Positions 1 through 14,034 of a stretch of DNA of 64,000 nucleotides are shown in pieces (the stretch's first letter is position 1; the number at the start of each line of letters is the position of its first letter). Source of the stretch: Lama glama (Eukaryota); the NCBI GenBank assembly GCA_028534125.1, contig CM052817.1, positions 66,466,001 through 66,530,000 on the forward strand, given 5' to 3'. The position numbers and the translations under genes are program-made. The notes under the pieces were generated by a model. It made no database searches, was not told the origin of the DNA, and was given only the letters and a program-made list of their open reading frames with translations.

Positions 1-39
1 AAAAATAAAATGTGTGGGGAAGGTGGCAGTGGTGAACTG

Positions 40-290
40 GCTCAAATTCTGGGAATAGATCAGGTAAATAAAATTGAGGACTGAAATTTAGCCACTGGAT
101 TTGGCACCAGGAAGCTTACAGATGCCCTTAGGGAGAAAAGTAAGTAGCTTTAGTGGAGGGGATGGGAGTGGAAGGGTGGAGGGAGATGAGGATGTGGACA
201 CTGTGTGGGGACTTTTGAAAGCATGACTACCAGAGTGTAGAAAGGAAGCAGCCACTGCAAAATATGTAGATCAAGGAAAGGATTTAATTG
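40..290 (-). mobile_element. L2 LINE fragment
   Basis: Antisense L2-like text gaggactgaaa...ccactggatttggca...tttagtggagggg. Confidence 0.6.
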
Positions 291-589
291 TTCTCCAAAG
301 CTTATAGCATCTCATCAAAGGGGATTTTCTCCTATGAAAACTTTCAGAGACAAGTTCCATAAATTAGGGACACATTTTAATGTAGAGATTTTCTTATGTG
401 TTTATCCTGCCTCATTCCCTCTCTTCCTTCTCTTCCCTTGTTTCTAGGGTGCCTCCTCCACCTCCTCTCCTCCTCTTCTGGTGCTTCTTTCGCTTTCCCT
501 CTCCTCACTTCCTTCTCTCTGTACGCATGGACGTTAATGGAAAATCACTTGTATTCCTTTTTATGGGAGCTTTGTTTCAATGCTAGATT

Positions 590-860
590 ATTCCATAGCT
601 CTACTTTCTGTTGATCGTCTCTTCCTTTTTATCCAAATTGGAATTCATGCATCACTATTACAGTCACACGTTTGCATATGCTTCAACTCCCAACCATCTC
701 TTTTTCTGTCGTACCCACTTGATAAAACTCCAACCCCAAATAAGTCTATCCAACTGCCTTTTTCCTGTCTGAATCCAAGTAACTGAACGTGGCTAAATAA
801 AAATACGTTCAGGCGTGTTGGTGTGGTTACAGATTTTGACAGTTCTTGTCACGTATTACT
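590..860 (+). mobile_element. L2 internal fragment
   Basis: aaaactccaacccc...gtaactgaacgtggctaaataaaaatac resembles the L2 ORF region. Confidence 0.45.
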
Positions 861-1006
861 TGTGTCATAGAAGATTTTGATAGTAAATGACAGTGAGCTC
901 AAAATGGTATTCCCTGACCAGAGTGTGGAGTGCAGATTTGTTCTGTGATGTCAGATTAGTGAAAGCTTACATAATTTCTGTATGCTGATGGGCAAAAAAC
1001 ACCATA

Positions 1007-1324
1007 CAGTGCTGCCCAGCGCTGTATCCACTAGGTATGTGGCTCTTCAGCACTTGAAATATAGCTAATTCAAATTGAAATGTGCTGTAAATGTGAAAAC
1101 ACACTAGTTTTCAAAGACTTGGCACAAAAAGAATTTAAAATCTCTCAGTAGTTTCATATTGATTACATGCTGGAAAGTATTTTGAATTTATTGAATTAAA
1201 TAAACTATTGTAATTGATTTCACCTACTTCTTTTTATTTATTGTAATGTAGCTGTTGAAAAATTAAAATTACATATGTGGTTTGTGTTTGTGATTTGTAG
1301 TATATTTTCTGTTGGATAGCACTG
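1007..1324. mobile_element. hAT-Charlie MITE (MER33-like)
   Basis: Termini cagtgctgccca / ttggatagcactg; about 320 bp; internal gcacttgaaat...gctaatt...tgtgctgtaaatgt. Confidence 0.8.
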
Positions 1325-1699
1325 CTCTAAGCTTTCAGAAAAATCCCAGTGAAATCTGTTAAAGATCTGATTTCTCCCTAATGAAATACTGTTTTATAAA
1401 TATTACCAGATAACTGTCATAAAAATGCTAACATAATTCACAATTCCTCCCACAGTTTAGAGACCCTCAGTCCATTCAGGCCCACCCACAGGAGGTGTTT
1501 TAATAGTGATATTTCACTATTATTTTAATGTTAACTAAAATTTAACAAGTAGTTTTCTATCATTTACTCATCTTCTATTGTGTCTTTTGTCTTAATAATT
1601 TGCAGGCTACTATTACATATTGAAGATTTAAACTTGTATGTCACAAATATTTATCTTTAAGTGATTTTGATTTTGGTATTTGTTGCCACTGAATATATT

Positions 1700-2200
1700 T
1701 TAATGCTCAGTGGCTCAAATATACTTATATTTTCTTTCATAGCTCTGTTTCCTATCTTGGCTGGAGGAGTCTTATGAATTCCTAAAGGACCAATGTAATT
1801 TTCTACATTTTTCTAAGGTTTTAATTTTTATACTTACATATAGTATACCTGGGATTTATTTTTGTGTATAGCATGAGGCTGAAACTCAAGTTGTTTTGTT
1901 TTTTTTAAAAAGAAGGGCAGGTAATTGAGAAATCAACCTTTATTAAATGAACCCTACTCTTCCAAATGAATTGAAGTACAACCATTGCTATATAGCAAAG
2001 TTTCATATATTCTAGAATTCTGAATTCTCTGTTCTGTTCCACTAATGTATTTGTTTATTCCCAAGCCACTACCTGCTAAAGAAAGTTCTCCCAAGAAATC
2101 TTCTTTTCCATAATTTTCTTGGCTATTAATAGATATTTATGTTTTTAATTTTTCCTCTTGCACTTAAAGATTATTTTGTCTACGTCTCCTCCTTTCCATG
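1700..2200 (-). mobile_element. Old L1M ORF2 fragment
   Basis: T-rich antisense L1 motifs such as ctctgttctgttccactaat and ttttcttggctatt. Confidence 0.55.
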
Positions 2201-3224
2201 AAACACTTGAGATGTTGTGTAACACGTAATTTAGAGGCATTTAATAGAAAACAATCTAGCAGTTTTAGGCAGAAAGAAAACATAAGGAATTAAGTTTTAA
2301 CTGTTTACAGTTTATGTGAGGAGTTTGGGTCTGGGCTGGGCCACCAGGAATAATTTTCTTAACTGGCCCACCTGGGCAGGGTGGGCAGTGGCAGTGGGGA
2401 AACTGCTATCTTATCACCACCAGGAAGCTAGGGAATCAGGAAGGCACTGAACCAGCTGTTGGCACCTGAAACACACTGGTGTCAGGACCCCAAGAATTTC
2501 TGGCTTGTGAGCCACCTCCTATTTGCTGGATCTGCACCAACAAAAAGGTGCCTTTCGTTTCATTGGAAGTACATTATATTTTTATACTGAGTTGGGGAGA
2601 ATCAACTTTAAATGCTACTAAATATTCTTTTGGATTAATCTGGGTAGAAAATTCTGTGTATAAAAGGTCCTAAGTTTCAGAAGAAACATATAGTAACTTG
2701 GGTTATTTAAATCAATTGACAAAGCTGGAAACTTTCCGCTCACTCATGTTATGGCCTCATGAAGATTAAACTTTGGTTCTGTGAACAAATGTAACAAGCA
2801 TTACTTTCTACATTTGAAATGCCTTTCCAGGTAACATTTTATCATGAAATTAGTTCCTTGAATCATTAATTGGAAAATACGACCTCTGCATTGGAAAACC
2901 TGAGGAGGAAAAATATCTAACTTTTTATTAGTTAGTTTTAAACTGTATAAGATGTTAAAATGAAAAAAAAACCCATAATGCCGTTTTAAAAGGAATTTAA
3001 GATGGATCTTTGGATATTCATACAGAATTTCAGTTTAAACTTTATTAAAATTTTTATCTGTATTAAAGACCAAACTAATCTCCTAATCGCTCACCTGTTT
3101 CCTACACATTTTCCCAATTTAACATTGATAAATGTTATTTTAAAAGATAATTAATGCTCCAAGTTGTATTCACATTTGTGGATTGATTATCTGTACTGAT
3201 ATCTGTATCTTATCTGTATTGACT

Positions 3225-3410
3225 CAGATAGGAGATCTGTCACTTACTTGCTGTGTGACTTTGAGCAGATTACTTCTCTAAAATCCAATGCTTTTTCTCT
3301 GGAATAGGTAACACTTCTATTTTATAGGAACATAATGATGATTAAATTAATTCTGTGTGTAAAGTGCCTGAAGCATTCATAGCAGGTGTTTAGCAAATGG
3401 CAAATATTAT
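3225..3410 (+). mobile_element. MIR SINE
   Basis: cacttacttgctgtgtgactttgagcagattactt core and tgtaaagtgcctga tail. Confidence 0.75.
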
Positions 3411-6400
3411 TACATTCAGCATAAGCTGGAATTCAACTTTCACTTTTATTTGAAGAAATGTGTTTACATGACTCATCCTCTGCACTTCTGGTGTCACATA
3501 CGTAGGAATCTCAGGATTGAGAGCCTCGTATAAATGTTCTTTCAGTTCTGTTTAATTTTTCTGAACACTACATTAAACACTATAATATCCCAAATACATG
3601 TTTCTTTGGGTATTCACTACGAACTGAACTTGATGAAACCTATGATTTGTTATGAAAACAAATGCTATGGTACTATATTTGAATTATGTGTTGTCTTCAA
3701 GGAAAATAATTAATGGGTAAAGAACATTTTTCCCACTTTGAGAATTTAATTCTGTTTGGGCATCATATTTTTTAAAATAAAAATGTAGTTGATTTTCATT
3801 TCTTTATTGTTGGAGGAGTCTTTGTCCACAACTATATTATATATTATCACCTCCCCCTGCACCACCAAGATAAAAACAACACACACACACAAATTGGACC
3901 ATAGTATAGTTGACTCAGAGTCTCTTAACTTTTGTGATAAAGGCATTTCTAATATCATCACAAAGTTAGATATAACAGTTGATATAGTTGCATAGATAAA
4001 GCTTTAGTGACATATTCAGAATTGTTTAAACTATATCTGAGCAATTTAATCTCTATAGGGCATAAATCTATACAGTGTTCCACTCCTAGATCTTCGAGGA
4101 TCAGCAGAACAATAGAAGGGTCCCCCTAAGCAAATTGCTAGTACTGACTAACCTACCGGTATTAGAAAGCATTTGTAATTATGGAAAGAAAGGGACAGCT
4201 TTTCTGTGTCTTTTAAGTGGGCCAGTCTCCTGAGAAGTTAGCAGTTAACACACAGTTCATTTCCACTTCTCCTTAGGAAAATATAGAAGATTCATTAGAG
4301 GGTATGTTCATATGTAGTATTTTGTTATATGACCTCTTAGAATAATTTTCTGACCTGGTACATATAAAAATCTAGGCTTAGGTACCTCATTCTGAGTTTG
4401 AAGCATCACCTAGTAGTTAGTTGTATGACCTCAGGAAACTGTTACAAGACTTCTCTGTGCCTCACCACGAAATGACGAAAGAACGTTTAGGAGCACTTGC
4501 AGCGTCCCTTACAGTAGATACTCTGTAGTGATCGCTGTCACGGCTAAGGCAAGCTGAGGAAGCGAATGGCCACCTGGGACGTTGTGAAGGGTGACTCACG
4601 CTTCTCTTACCTGATGGCCAATTCCTGGAAAACCCGAGTTCGTGCTTCTGGGACTTTATTCCTTTAGTACTGTGTTGCCCATATTGCTCTGTACAGTGTA
4701 TGTTCCTTGGGAAAGAGTGTTCTATGGTGAAATAAGTTTTGAATATGCATATTAGAACATTAAAATGGTCTGAGAAATCACATAATTAACAATGTATCTT
4801 CAGTTTCCTCAAAGCCATTGTTTCACAGATATATTTAATTATGGGATGCATTGTCATCTCAACGTTCGTAGAAAAGTAAGTTCTTTGCACAAAGTTATTA
4901 TCCCTGTTAAATGGCAGAGTTCTTGAGAGGATGGTTCTTTCAGCCAGAGATTAGTTGCACTCCTTTTAACTATGTTTTCCTCAGCACTGTTCAAATCACT
5001 GTGTACATCAAGTTGTGATTCTTTGCTGATCACATTTTGAGTGAGTGGGAGGGAGGCAGGCGTATAATAGAAATAGAAACTGAAGGGACTATAGAGTAGG
5101 GAAAATGGCATCGGTAGGCTGAGTAGGGCATATATAATTTGCTGATTTAATTCCCTTATGATTCATTCTAACCATTCAGTGGGACCTTTGACTGTGGGAT
5201 GTGCTAGAGAAAATGGGAAGAAAATCAGAAGGTGATGTTCTGTTAGGAACAGTGAAGTGTGTATATGAAGTTGAACTAGGAAAGCGCATAGGGAATTCTA
5301 ACAGAATATTTCGGAGTGTGTGTGTTTTGAGGTTGATATTTAAATAGCATGTGCGCGTTTTAACCGAGCAAATAATTTTGCAGATATTTCCACATGTTAG
5401 ATATGTGTAAACCTGCCTCTATGTCAGTAATCATGCAAGTTGTGTAAATGGCCTCCTGTTGTTTAATTACTGGGATTACATTCATCAAATCGTTCCAAAA
5501 TTAAGAGCAACTTGGCTACATGGCCATAAACAGGTTTATGTTAGAAATGTTTGTCAGTGAAACACATGTTTGGTCCAAACAAATGGGCTGTTGAGAGTCA
5601 CCCAGATAAATTACTGCTGAAATGTTTTTCTACTTAAAACAAGAGTAACTGATATAAATGCAGATAATTTAAACAGAGAATTAATTGTATGTCTTAGAGG
5701 TTGACTAACTTAACAGGCCATGTGGAAAACAACGTTAATGTGACAACGACTTGTATTACTCAAACAGATTGGATGCTATGTAAAGGAACGGGTAACCTCT
5801 GGCATCCATTCAGCAGAGATACCACATTAATAGATGCTTCCTGATGAGCTGGTGTAAAGAGGGACATTAGAGTAGCCAATTAAGTTTATGACAAAGGCTA
5901 AATAAAGGGGAAGCTTTTTCTGAATATCCTTGGAGTCGTATATCTACCTTTAGACAACCATCCTGGTTTCTGACTTCTCTTTGAATTATTTGGTTTGCAT
6001 ATGAACTGCCTTCGATTATGAAAAAAAATCTTAAAAATCCACAGAACCTTTTACACAAGATAATTCTAAGGCATTTCTCAATATTATATTAGCTTTTAAT
6101 CTGATAACAAGAAGTTTAGTTATTTTTACTAAGATTTCTATAACCGTTTGTGATAACTTAGAATATTCAGCTAATTAAAATATCTTCTGGGACAAAGAGA
6201 AAAAGTATGATTATGGTCTAAAAGCAAATGAAATTTAATATCCTCCATATATATCTAGAAGATTAAATCATTTTCTTCATTATTCTTTTTTCTAAAATAA
6301 TACAAGCACATTGAAAATATATAATGAAGACTTAAAAAAATTGAAAAAAGTGGTATATGTACTTCTAGTTTTTTTGTTTAACATTGTAGCTTTTATATAT

Positions 6401-6617
6401 ATACGATTTGTGTATGCACTTTACCAAATAGCCATACAAATGTAATTTTAATGTGGCATTTGTAAATATTTCAACTGTGCTCTCTCCTCATATAAATTTA
6501 TTGTAAAATGTTTTAAAACAAAAGAAAAACCAAAAAAGACAAGAAAATACAAATCCAGTGATTTGTTGGATATAAGAATAGATCATCCTCTGTACTAGAT
6601 TATTTTAATTAACCTAA

Positions 6618-7020
6618 AGAAAGACCGAGAAAAACAAATACAGTGTGATTTCACTTATATACAAAACAAAACAAATTAACAAACATAAAACTGAAACAGA
6701 ATCATAGATACAGAGAAGAGTCAGGTGGTTGCCAGAGGGGAGCAGGAGTAAGGGGATGAGTGAAGTAGGTGAGAGAGATTAAGAGGTACAAACTTTTAGT
6801 TACAAAATAAATGTCATGGAGATGAAATGTACGGGCAAGGGGAATATAGTCAATAATATTGTACTAGCTTTATATGGTGACAGAAGGTAACTAGACTCAT
6901 CATGGTGATCGTTGTGTAGTGTACAGAAAAATCAAGTAGTTATTGTTATTGTTTAGTTATCACGTAGTTAGTTGTGCACCTGAAACTAACATAATGTAAG
7001 TCAATTATATTTCAATTAAT
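6618..7020 (+). mobile_element. L1 3' end (L1MA-like, laurasiatherian type)
   Basis: gagaaaaacaaatac...gtggttgccagagggg...cacctgaaactaacataatgtaagtcaattatatttcaattaa. Confidence 0.85.
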
Positions 7021-7659
7021 ATATATATATACTCTCTTAGCCAATTTTAATTATACAATACCACTCCCTATAGTCACCATGTGTTACCTTTAGTCACCAT
7101 GCTGTACATTGCTTAAAGTTTAACTCTTATTTAAAATCATGATTATAATTTAACCTTCATTTAAATCATGATTCTCTTTCCTGGATATTTTTCTTAAGAT
7201 TTTGTAAGTTATATTGCCATTGTTCTCAGATATTTTCTTATGTCACTTTAATCCCTTGAGTGTATCATGATACAGTGGGAAGAGTATAGTGTTAATCATT
7301 GGAAAGGGTTCTGTAGCCAAACATGCCCTACTGTTGCTGGCTGTATTTTTTTTAAAGATTGACGATGTAAATGAACACTTCCAAGATACTTATCGATCCT
7401 GCAACAACAACAACAAAGTTAGCTTAATCAACTCTTCTAAGACTTATTTGGGATGGTTTTCATTGTAGAAAATTTGGAAGATAGAAGGCAGAAACATAAA
7501 ATTCTATTTCGTTGTACTACCAAGACTTTATCCCTGTTTAGGTATTGGTGTTGAGTACATATTTTTATGTGTATGTATGTATATAACATTTTTAAAAGCG
7601 AAATTGGACCAAAAATAAAGAAAGAAGAACCTTTTTTTAAGAACATAGGAAATACTTTT

Positions 7660-7760
7660 TCGTAGCACTGGACTTGAAGTCAGATAAGCATAGGATCGAA
7701 TCCTGGCTCTGTCACTAATGGACCTTCACCTTTTGAAAGTCATGCAACCTCTCTGATGCC
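7660..7760 (+). mobile_element. MIR SINE 5' part
   Basis: agcactggacttgaagtcaga...tcgaatcctggctctgtcacta. Confidence 0.65.
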
Positions 7761-8291
7761 CAGGAGGTATTATGTATATTGATGATGACATCATTATTCA
7801 GGAGAATAAGTGACTCACAATGGTAATTCAACTAGTATCTCTTATCTTAAAAGAAAAACATCACAGAAATTAAAATTGTTCCTTCTAGGCATTTGGGATT
7901 GAGGATGTTTGTCAACAAAGAGTGTACTAATGCTTTTATATTCTTATGCAGGAGTAATTATCCTTCCTTCATTCATTCTGCATCTCCTGTGCTAGGCTCG
8001 GGGGATACACAGAAAGTTGGCTCCAGCCCTCAGGAACTGTATGTAACTAAAATAGGATGGGACAAGCTGAATACTCTGTTTTCTTTTTATTTTCATTCTA
8101 ACATCAGGTGACTCAAAACCTCTCAGCCCACCGAGATCTGAATAATTCAGTCATGAGAACGAGTTAGCAGGGGTGAGGAACAGCTAAGAGTGTTTTTCTC
8201 TGACTACTGGGGGTGACTGCTGATGCATAACTGTTGTTACAGAAAGTCACTACTCATTTCAGAATGCAGTCATGAGTACAGTCTCCTGGGA

Positions 8292-8726
8292 CAGAGTTTT
8301 GCAAATTTCAGCCATTTTCATAAGACCTTCCCCAATTTTTGGCTATAACACCTATCCTCTTGTTGAAGAAAAAATTTTCTTTAGGCTAAATTTTTTTTAG
8401 CTTAAATATGATATATTTTAAAACATTGTATCACTACCATAAATGAAAAGTCTTACCACTTGCCACAAATAGAGAGTGACTATACAAATAAACAGATTGA
8501 AAATCAAATCATTTTGAAAAAGTTATAGCTAAGGAGAAGCTTTGGGCACATGGTTCACTCTCCCTTTGAGAGTGTTGGAGTTCATGGAGTCACGGGAGCT
8601 CCAAACTGAGACCTAGTCCTTGAAGGAGTCTGGGTTGGGGAAGTATTCTAAAGGAATGACTTTCCCTCCCTGACTTCCTATCTCTGTGTCTCCAGGGGCT
8701 TGCATCCCACCTATTGGCAAACACTG
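8292..8726. mobile_element. hAT-Charlie-type non-autonomous DNA transposon
   Basis: Imperfect TIRs cagagttttgcaaa ... ttggcaaacactg. Confidence 0.55.
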
Positions 8727-8784
8727 TCTCTGAAGGCAGATTTTACTTTCTAGAAGGTTGAAACAAAGTTTGATTTAGAGCTTA

Positions 8785-8970
8785 CAGGTGTAGGCACTAT
8801 GATAAATACTCTACATACTTCATCTCATTTAATTCTCACTACAGCCCATTTCATAAGTGGTGTTATCCAGATGCAGCAAGCGGGGAATCCAGGCTCAGCG
8901 ACGGTAATTATTTGCTGAATTTGGACTCCATGTCAGCCTGACTCCAGCACTTGGCCTTTTGACCGCTGCG
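8785..8970 (-). mobile_element. MIR SINE
   Basis: aggcactatgataaatact...catctcatttaattctcact...cctgactcca. Confidence 0.7.
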
Positions 8971-9688
8971 TGTCTCTCTGAAGTGAACTCGTTTCATTCT
9001 TACACAAATACATTTATACACCCATGTCAGACAGGTATTCCTCCCATAGGAACAATTCTGGTTTTTCGATCAAAAAAGTAGCCATGTATATAGAAAGTCA
9101 TTTTAATAGAAAAATGTGCAACATAAAATATGATATTGTGACTTAGTAATATATCCACTTAGAAACATTCTTTATAAGGGATGGAATAGACAACCACAAT
9201 TTCCAACTGATAATTACAAAAATTTAGAAAGTTTTGCTACTTTCAAGGTCTTTGGAGATGAGGTAACAGGAAGTGAAATATCTACAATGAAATGCTAGAA
9301 AAAAAAAAGTCCTTAATGAAGGCTGTTAGCATATTCAGAATTATCAAAGCTGCAGTACAGATGTGATTAAAATATACTGTAAAATGCCTGCAATAGAGTA
9401 CTTTTAAGAATGCAAGGCTAGTAATTTGCATCTGCCTAATACTTTGCATCCTCAAAGGAATGTTGAAACCCCCTACTAATTGACTCTTAGAAAATTCTTC
9501 TAATGTATCATTTGCTTTGACTCAATGAGAAATCTAAACAATGGTCATTTAAGCTATTTAGTCAGGGTTATTCCACAAACACTATGTGAGGAGAAGCAGA
9601 AAGCAAACACACACATGTGTCTGTCTTACCTCAGAAGGCTTTAGGAAGAGGAGAGAAGGAACCAGAGCTGAAAGCAGTATTCAGATGT

Positions 9689-10205
9689 TGTGGTAGACAG
9701 AATAATGGCTCTCCCCAAAGATATCTACAACGTAATCCTCAAACCTGTGAATTTGTTAGTTACACGGCAAAAAGGAGTTAAGGTTACAGATGAAGTTAAG
9801 ATTACTCAGCAGTTTACCTTGAGATGGGGAGAGTTGCATGGATTATCCAGGTGTCCCAATATATTCACAAGGGTCCTTTTAAGTGAAAGAAGAGGCAGCA
9901 TGTCTCCTGCTGCCAGAGACATGGTAGCATGAGAAGGACTCAGCCCAGTGTTGCTGGCTTGAAGTTGGAGGAATGGGGCATGAGCCAAGAACTGTGGTTG
10001 GCTTCCAGAAGTTGGAAAATGCAAGAAAATGGACTCTTCCCTAAGGCCTCCAGAAGGAACATAGCCCTGCTGTTGTCTCGATTTTAGCCTAGTGAGACTC
10101 ATTTCAGACTTCTAACTTCCAGTACTGTAAGATAATACATTTTTGTGGCTTTTAAGCCACTAAGTTTGTTGTAATTTTTTACAGTACCAATAGAAAACTA
10201 ATACA
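9689..10205 (+). mobile_element. Solo ERVL-MaLR LTR (MLT1D-like), near full length
   Basis: TG...CA ends (tgtggtagacagaataatgg ... aatagaaaactaataca), 517 bp, near-perfect 5-bp TSD GATGT/GATTT. Confidence 0.9.
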
Positions 10206-10554
10206 GATTTCTAAACACATGTGGACTCAATAAGAGAAAAGAATAACATGAATACCACAGATAGAACCCTGTCCATCAAACCTTTGTGTACCATCAACCT
10301 TATTAAAACACTGGATATAACCATGAAAAAATAGTTTTTATAAAATGTGGTATCACTGTTACCTTTGGTAGGCATCCTTGGTAAGATATATGCTTATTCA
10401 TTATTGGAACATCTCTCTGGAATTCACTGTTGTTTTAATAGCAAAACAAAGAAGAAAGTCCCATTACTGTTTATTCACGTTCGGTGGTTTTACCAGTTTA
10501 ACAGCCCTTGACATTAATGCTAGTGGCTGCTCTGCTATTGCAGTTCTTACTAGC

Positions 10555-10720
10555 ACAGATACGTGAGCTCTGGCGAGGTATTTACATTCTCATTGCCTCA
10601 GTCGCCACAAGTGCAAAATGGGATAAGAGGGCTTGTTCATGGATACTATGACATGAAAAGAAATGAATGCTTGTAAAACACCAGAACAGTTGTTGGCACA
10701 TATTGGGCACTTGCGCACTT
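10555..10720 (+). mobile_element. MIR SINE
   Basis: tgcctcagt...tgcaaaatgggataa...gcttgtaaaacaccagaacagt...ggcacata. Confidence 0.65.
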
Positions 10721-13227
10721 TGGTGCCCTTAACTATGGTTATCCTCATCCTCGTCATCATCACTGCCGTACCTATCTGTGACACCCGGCATGCAGGCTTA
10801 ATATTTTATCTCTAGGAATTTAGGATCAGTATCTCCATATTTTCAGATAAAGGAATGGAAACAACCAAGAGACAGTTTAACCAGGTTGAAGAGTCTTACC
10901 ATGATGAAGTGAGAACTGTTCCTGAAATATCTGGCTAAACTTCTGGTAGGCTTGCTGCCAAATGTCCTCTGCTTTCATTATGCCCTGTTCCATCCCACCC
11001 CCTCAGGGGACAAAGATATTCTGCAAGACAACCGATTTAGATGTGCACTCCTTATAAAAGCTCACTAATATTATTTTAATGTGCCCGTTTTGTTTTAATG
11101 ACTGAGAACATGAACCATTTTTAACCCTGGTAGGGAATTATTTTGAGGCCATTATCTCCAAATGGTAAAAAATCGGTTAGAGTCAGGCTACCTTGCCATG
11201 AAAAGAACCATATGGGATAGTTTTCTGGGGCATTTTCTTACAAAAGTAATATATGTGCATTTGAAAAATAGAAAGTAATATAAGAATAAACTATGGTGTA
11301 CCACAGTCCTCCACTAAGAATTAAGTATTGATAATACTAGTCTGGAATTGTGAGCCTGTGTGTATATACATAAAGGGGCTCACATTGCGTTTATGGTTTT
11401 ATGGTGTTCACTGTGGTTTGCATATTGATTCATGATGTATTTTCAGTTTTTTTTAAAATATCAAACAGGGACTTTGTAAAATTTAGATCTTTTGGGTGTG
11501 TAAATTGTTCAGTTCTGCATTTTGTGATATTTAAGGATTTATTGACACTTTATTTCCAAGATTATATTTCTAGTTAACCCTAGGATAAATAAGAGGATTC
11601 TTCAACCACAAGTCTTAATGAGATACTAAAATAAAGCAACTTTTAAAGTAATTTGTAAAAACCCATCCTTTTTATAGCATGTAAGTCCCTTTAAGAGTGG
11701 GAATTATGCTTCATTATCTTTATATCTCTTGAAGTCTGAACAATTTTTTTAATAATAATTGTTAAACGATTTTAAGTAAACATATGAAAGGTATAAATGA
11801 TTAGAGAATTGATATTGAGGTATTTTTATCAACTTTATGGTACTTATGGAGAATTATGGTAAATCATGATAAATAATCTGAAAATCCAAGTAATGAGTGA
11901 AAACTATAAAATGTTAGAGTAGAGAGGATCAGGATCAGAGAAGGGTAAGAATGATTACCTGTTAAATATGACTGTCTGGAAAGAACATATTGAGAATTTC
12001 CAGTGAAGGAACTGTACCCTTCATCTCTGTGTATCTTTTCAAGTATCTGTTGCTGATTTTCATCTTTGCTTACAATTGTAAGCTATATCAGGATATAAGA
12101 CTTCCTCAAGTTCAAGTGGTAACATTTTTAAATACTAATAGTATTTTATTCTTACAAATTCAGAGAAAGAAATTTAAGGGAAAATTCAGTCCTTGGACAG
12201 CTATTTCTCTTCACTGTGTAGATAATTAAGGAATCACATTCAGTAAATAAAATGGATTTTTTAAATTGTTAAAAAGTAAGTGTAAAACATTTATTTTCAT
12301 ATATTCTTGACTCTGTCTTTAAAACTTTCATATGGTCTAGAGCTTCAGGTTTTGATGGACAGTACCCTTATACATTCTAATAAGAGAGAAGAAGGGTAGA
12401 AACAATTGTAATAATTCTTTGTGATTCTTCATATTCTAAAATCATCTTTCTTTGTCTGAAAGTTCACATTCTTATAAGAATTTATGCACAGATCTTATTG
12501 TAGTATATACTTCCAAATGTCAAATATTAATGAAAACAGCCCCATCAGGAACTCCCAATGCTTTATTATTTCAGTTCCAAAAAGAGTTTTAAATTCAATC
12601 TTGTACAAAATATTAGCCATGGATAAAGTAATTGAACATTCATTTTTTTAAACTTTGGCTTTTGTAACCTGGTTAATGCCTGAGTTCTAGGCTGTTAATT
12701 TTCTTAATATGATACCTGGAGCATAAGAATTAATACGAGTAAAATAGCAATTTTTATAGAAGTTAGTATGAAGTGGAATACTCTTAAAATTGCTTTTACT
12801 TAACCACATATTATATTATAAAATCCCCCTCATCACTGTCTATATTAATTTTTGTAGTTTTGGATAAACGTCATAATACAATATTAATTTCAGAATTGCA
12901 ATCTAAATTTTAGGAACATAATTTCAAATATTGTATTCTTTGTCTGGTAATAAATGATTTGGCCCTCATGTGACAAACAAAAATCATTGTGGTGAAATAA
13001 GGCAGATTTTGAGCTGACAAGTTAATGATTTTAGTGAATTGAATTATGCGCATGCATTTAGTTCCTTAATAAATAACATTATAAACCACTTGGATTTTTT
13101 TTCTCATTAGAAAAGACTGAAATCTGCATTTTCTTTTTTTACATCAGCAAAACTTGAGCCATAAGCATTGCAGTCATAATCATCAAATATGATATTGGAT
13201 ATACCAAAAGTATAACAAAAGATTCTA

Positions 13228-13391
13228 CAGTAATTCTCAAACTTGAGTGGACTTAAGAATTACCCTTGTTTCTTAGCTACATGATGGATGATTCTTTCGT
13301 GGGAATCAATCCCAGGAAATTCTGATTCTATCAAGGTCCCAAAGTGTTTCTGAGGCAAGGAGGCCCTTGGCCACATGATGAGAAAAGAATG
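13228..13391. mobile_element. MER5A-like hAT MITE
   Basis: cagtaattctcaaacttgagtg...agaattacc...aattctgattc...ggccaca. Confidence 0.65.
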
Positions 13392-13989
13392 AAGTCACGA
13401 TGGGGCAGTGTAGCTGTTACCAAGTGCTGTACCAGAGCTGAGGGGTTTTGTAGAGGCCCTCAGTGTTTTGATCACTTGCTAATATGTGATCTCTACCCAG
13501 AACTCATGTTTACTGTGAACTTAGGCCCCAAGAGGCCTCAGGTTGTTTCTGCAAATGGTAGGAGACACACTTTGCTGGGTCTGCTGTTTCCCTTCTGGTC
13601 AAGAATGGTTGCAAGAGGATGCAGACCTCAGGAAGGTGGGGTGGGGTTTACATGCTTGCTGGTATTGCTTTCAACGAACGAGCAGAAATTCCTTCTATTC
13701 TTTGTTTCAGTATGTACATATATTCTAGTATACAGCCATTTCTAAGATAGTTTACAATGCCCATAGTAGGATGTGAATTTTAAGATAAACTTTTCACAGA
13801 GGGTTTTCTAAAGGTATGTGTTCTTACTCAGTTATTGTCTTATACTGTGACATCATAGATAATTTTGCACATAGGAGAACTGTTGAAAGACATTAATGTC
13901 TAAATGATAATCAGACACTTGCCAATATAATTAAGCTGCATGATTCCACTAAAGTTTGTGGACACAGAGTGTATTTATCATGTCATTGA

Positions 13990-14034
13990 CATATACATAT
14001 ATGACATATATATATATACACACACACACACGCA
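13990..14034. repeat. (TA)n(CA)n microsatellite
   Basis: catatatatatatacacacacacacacgcac. Confidence 0.8.

Noticed and set aside
7071..7101. Direct repeat TAGTCACCATG at 20-nt spacing
   Set aside because: A small slippage duplication inside an antisense L1 fragment.
9690..10102. ORFs on both strands
   Set aside because: They fall entirely within the MLT1D-like LTR.
13344..13745. 133-aa ORF
   Set aside because: It starts at a GTG inside a MER5A element and resembles no protein I know.
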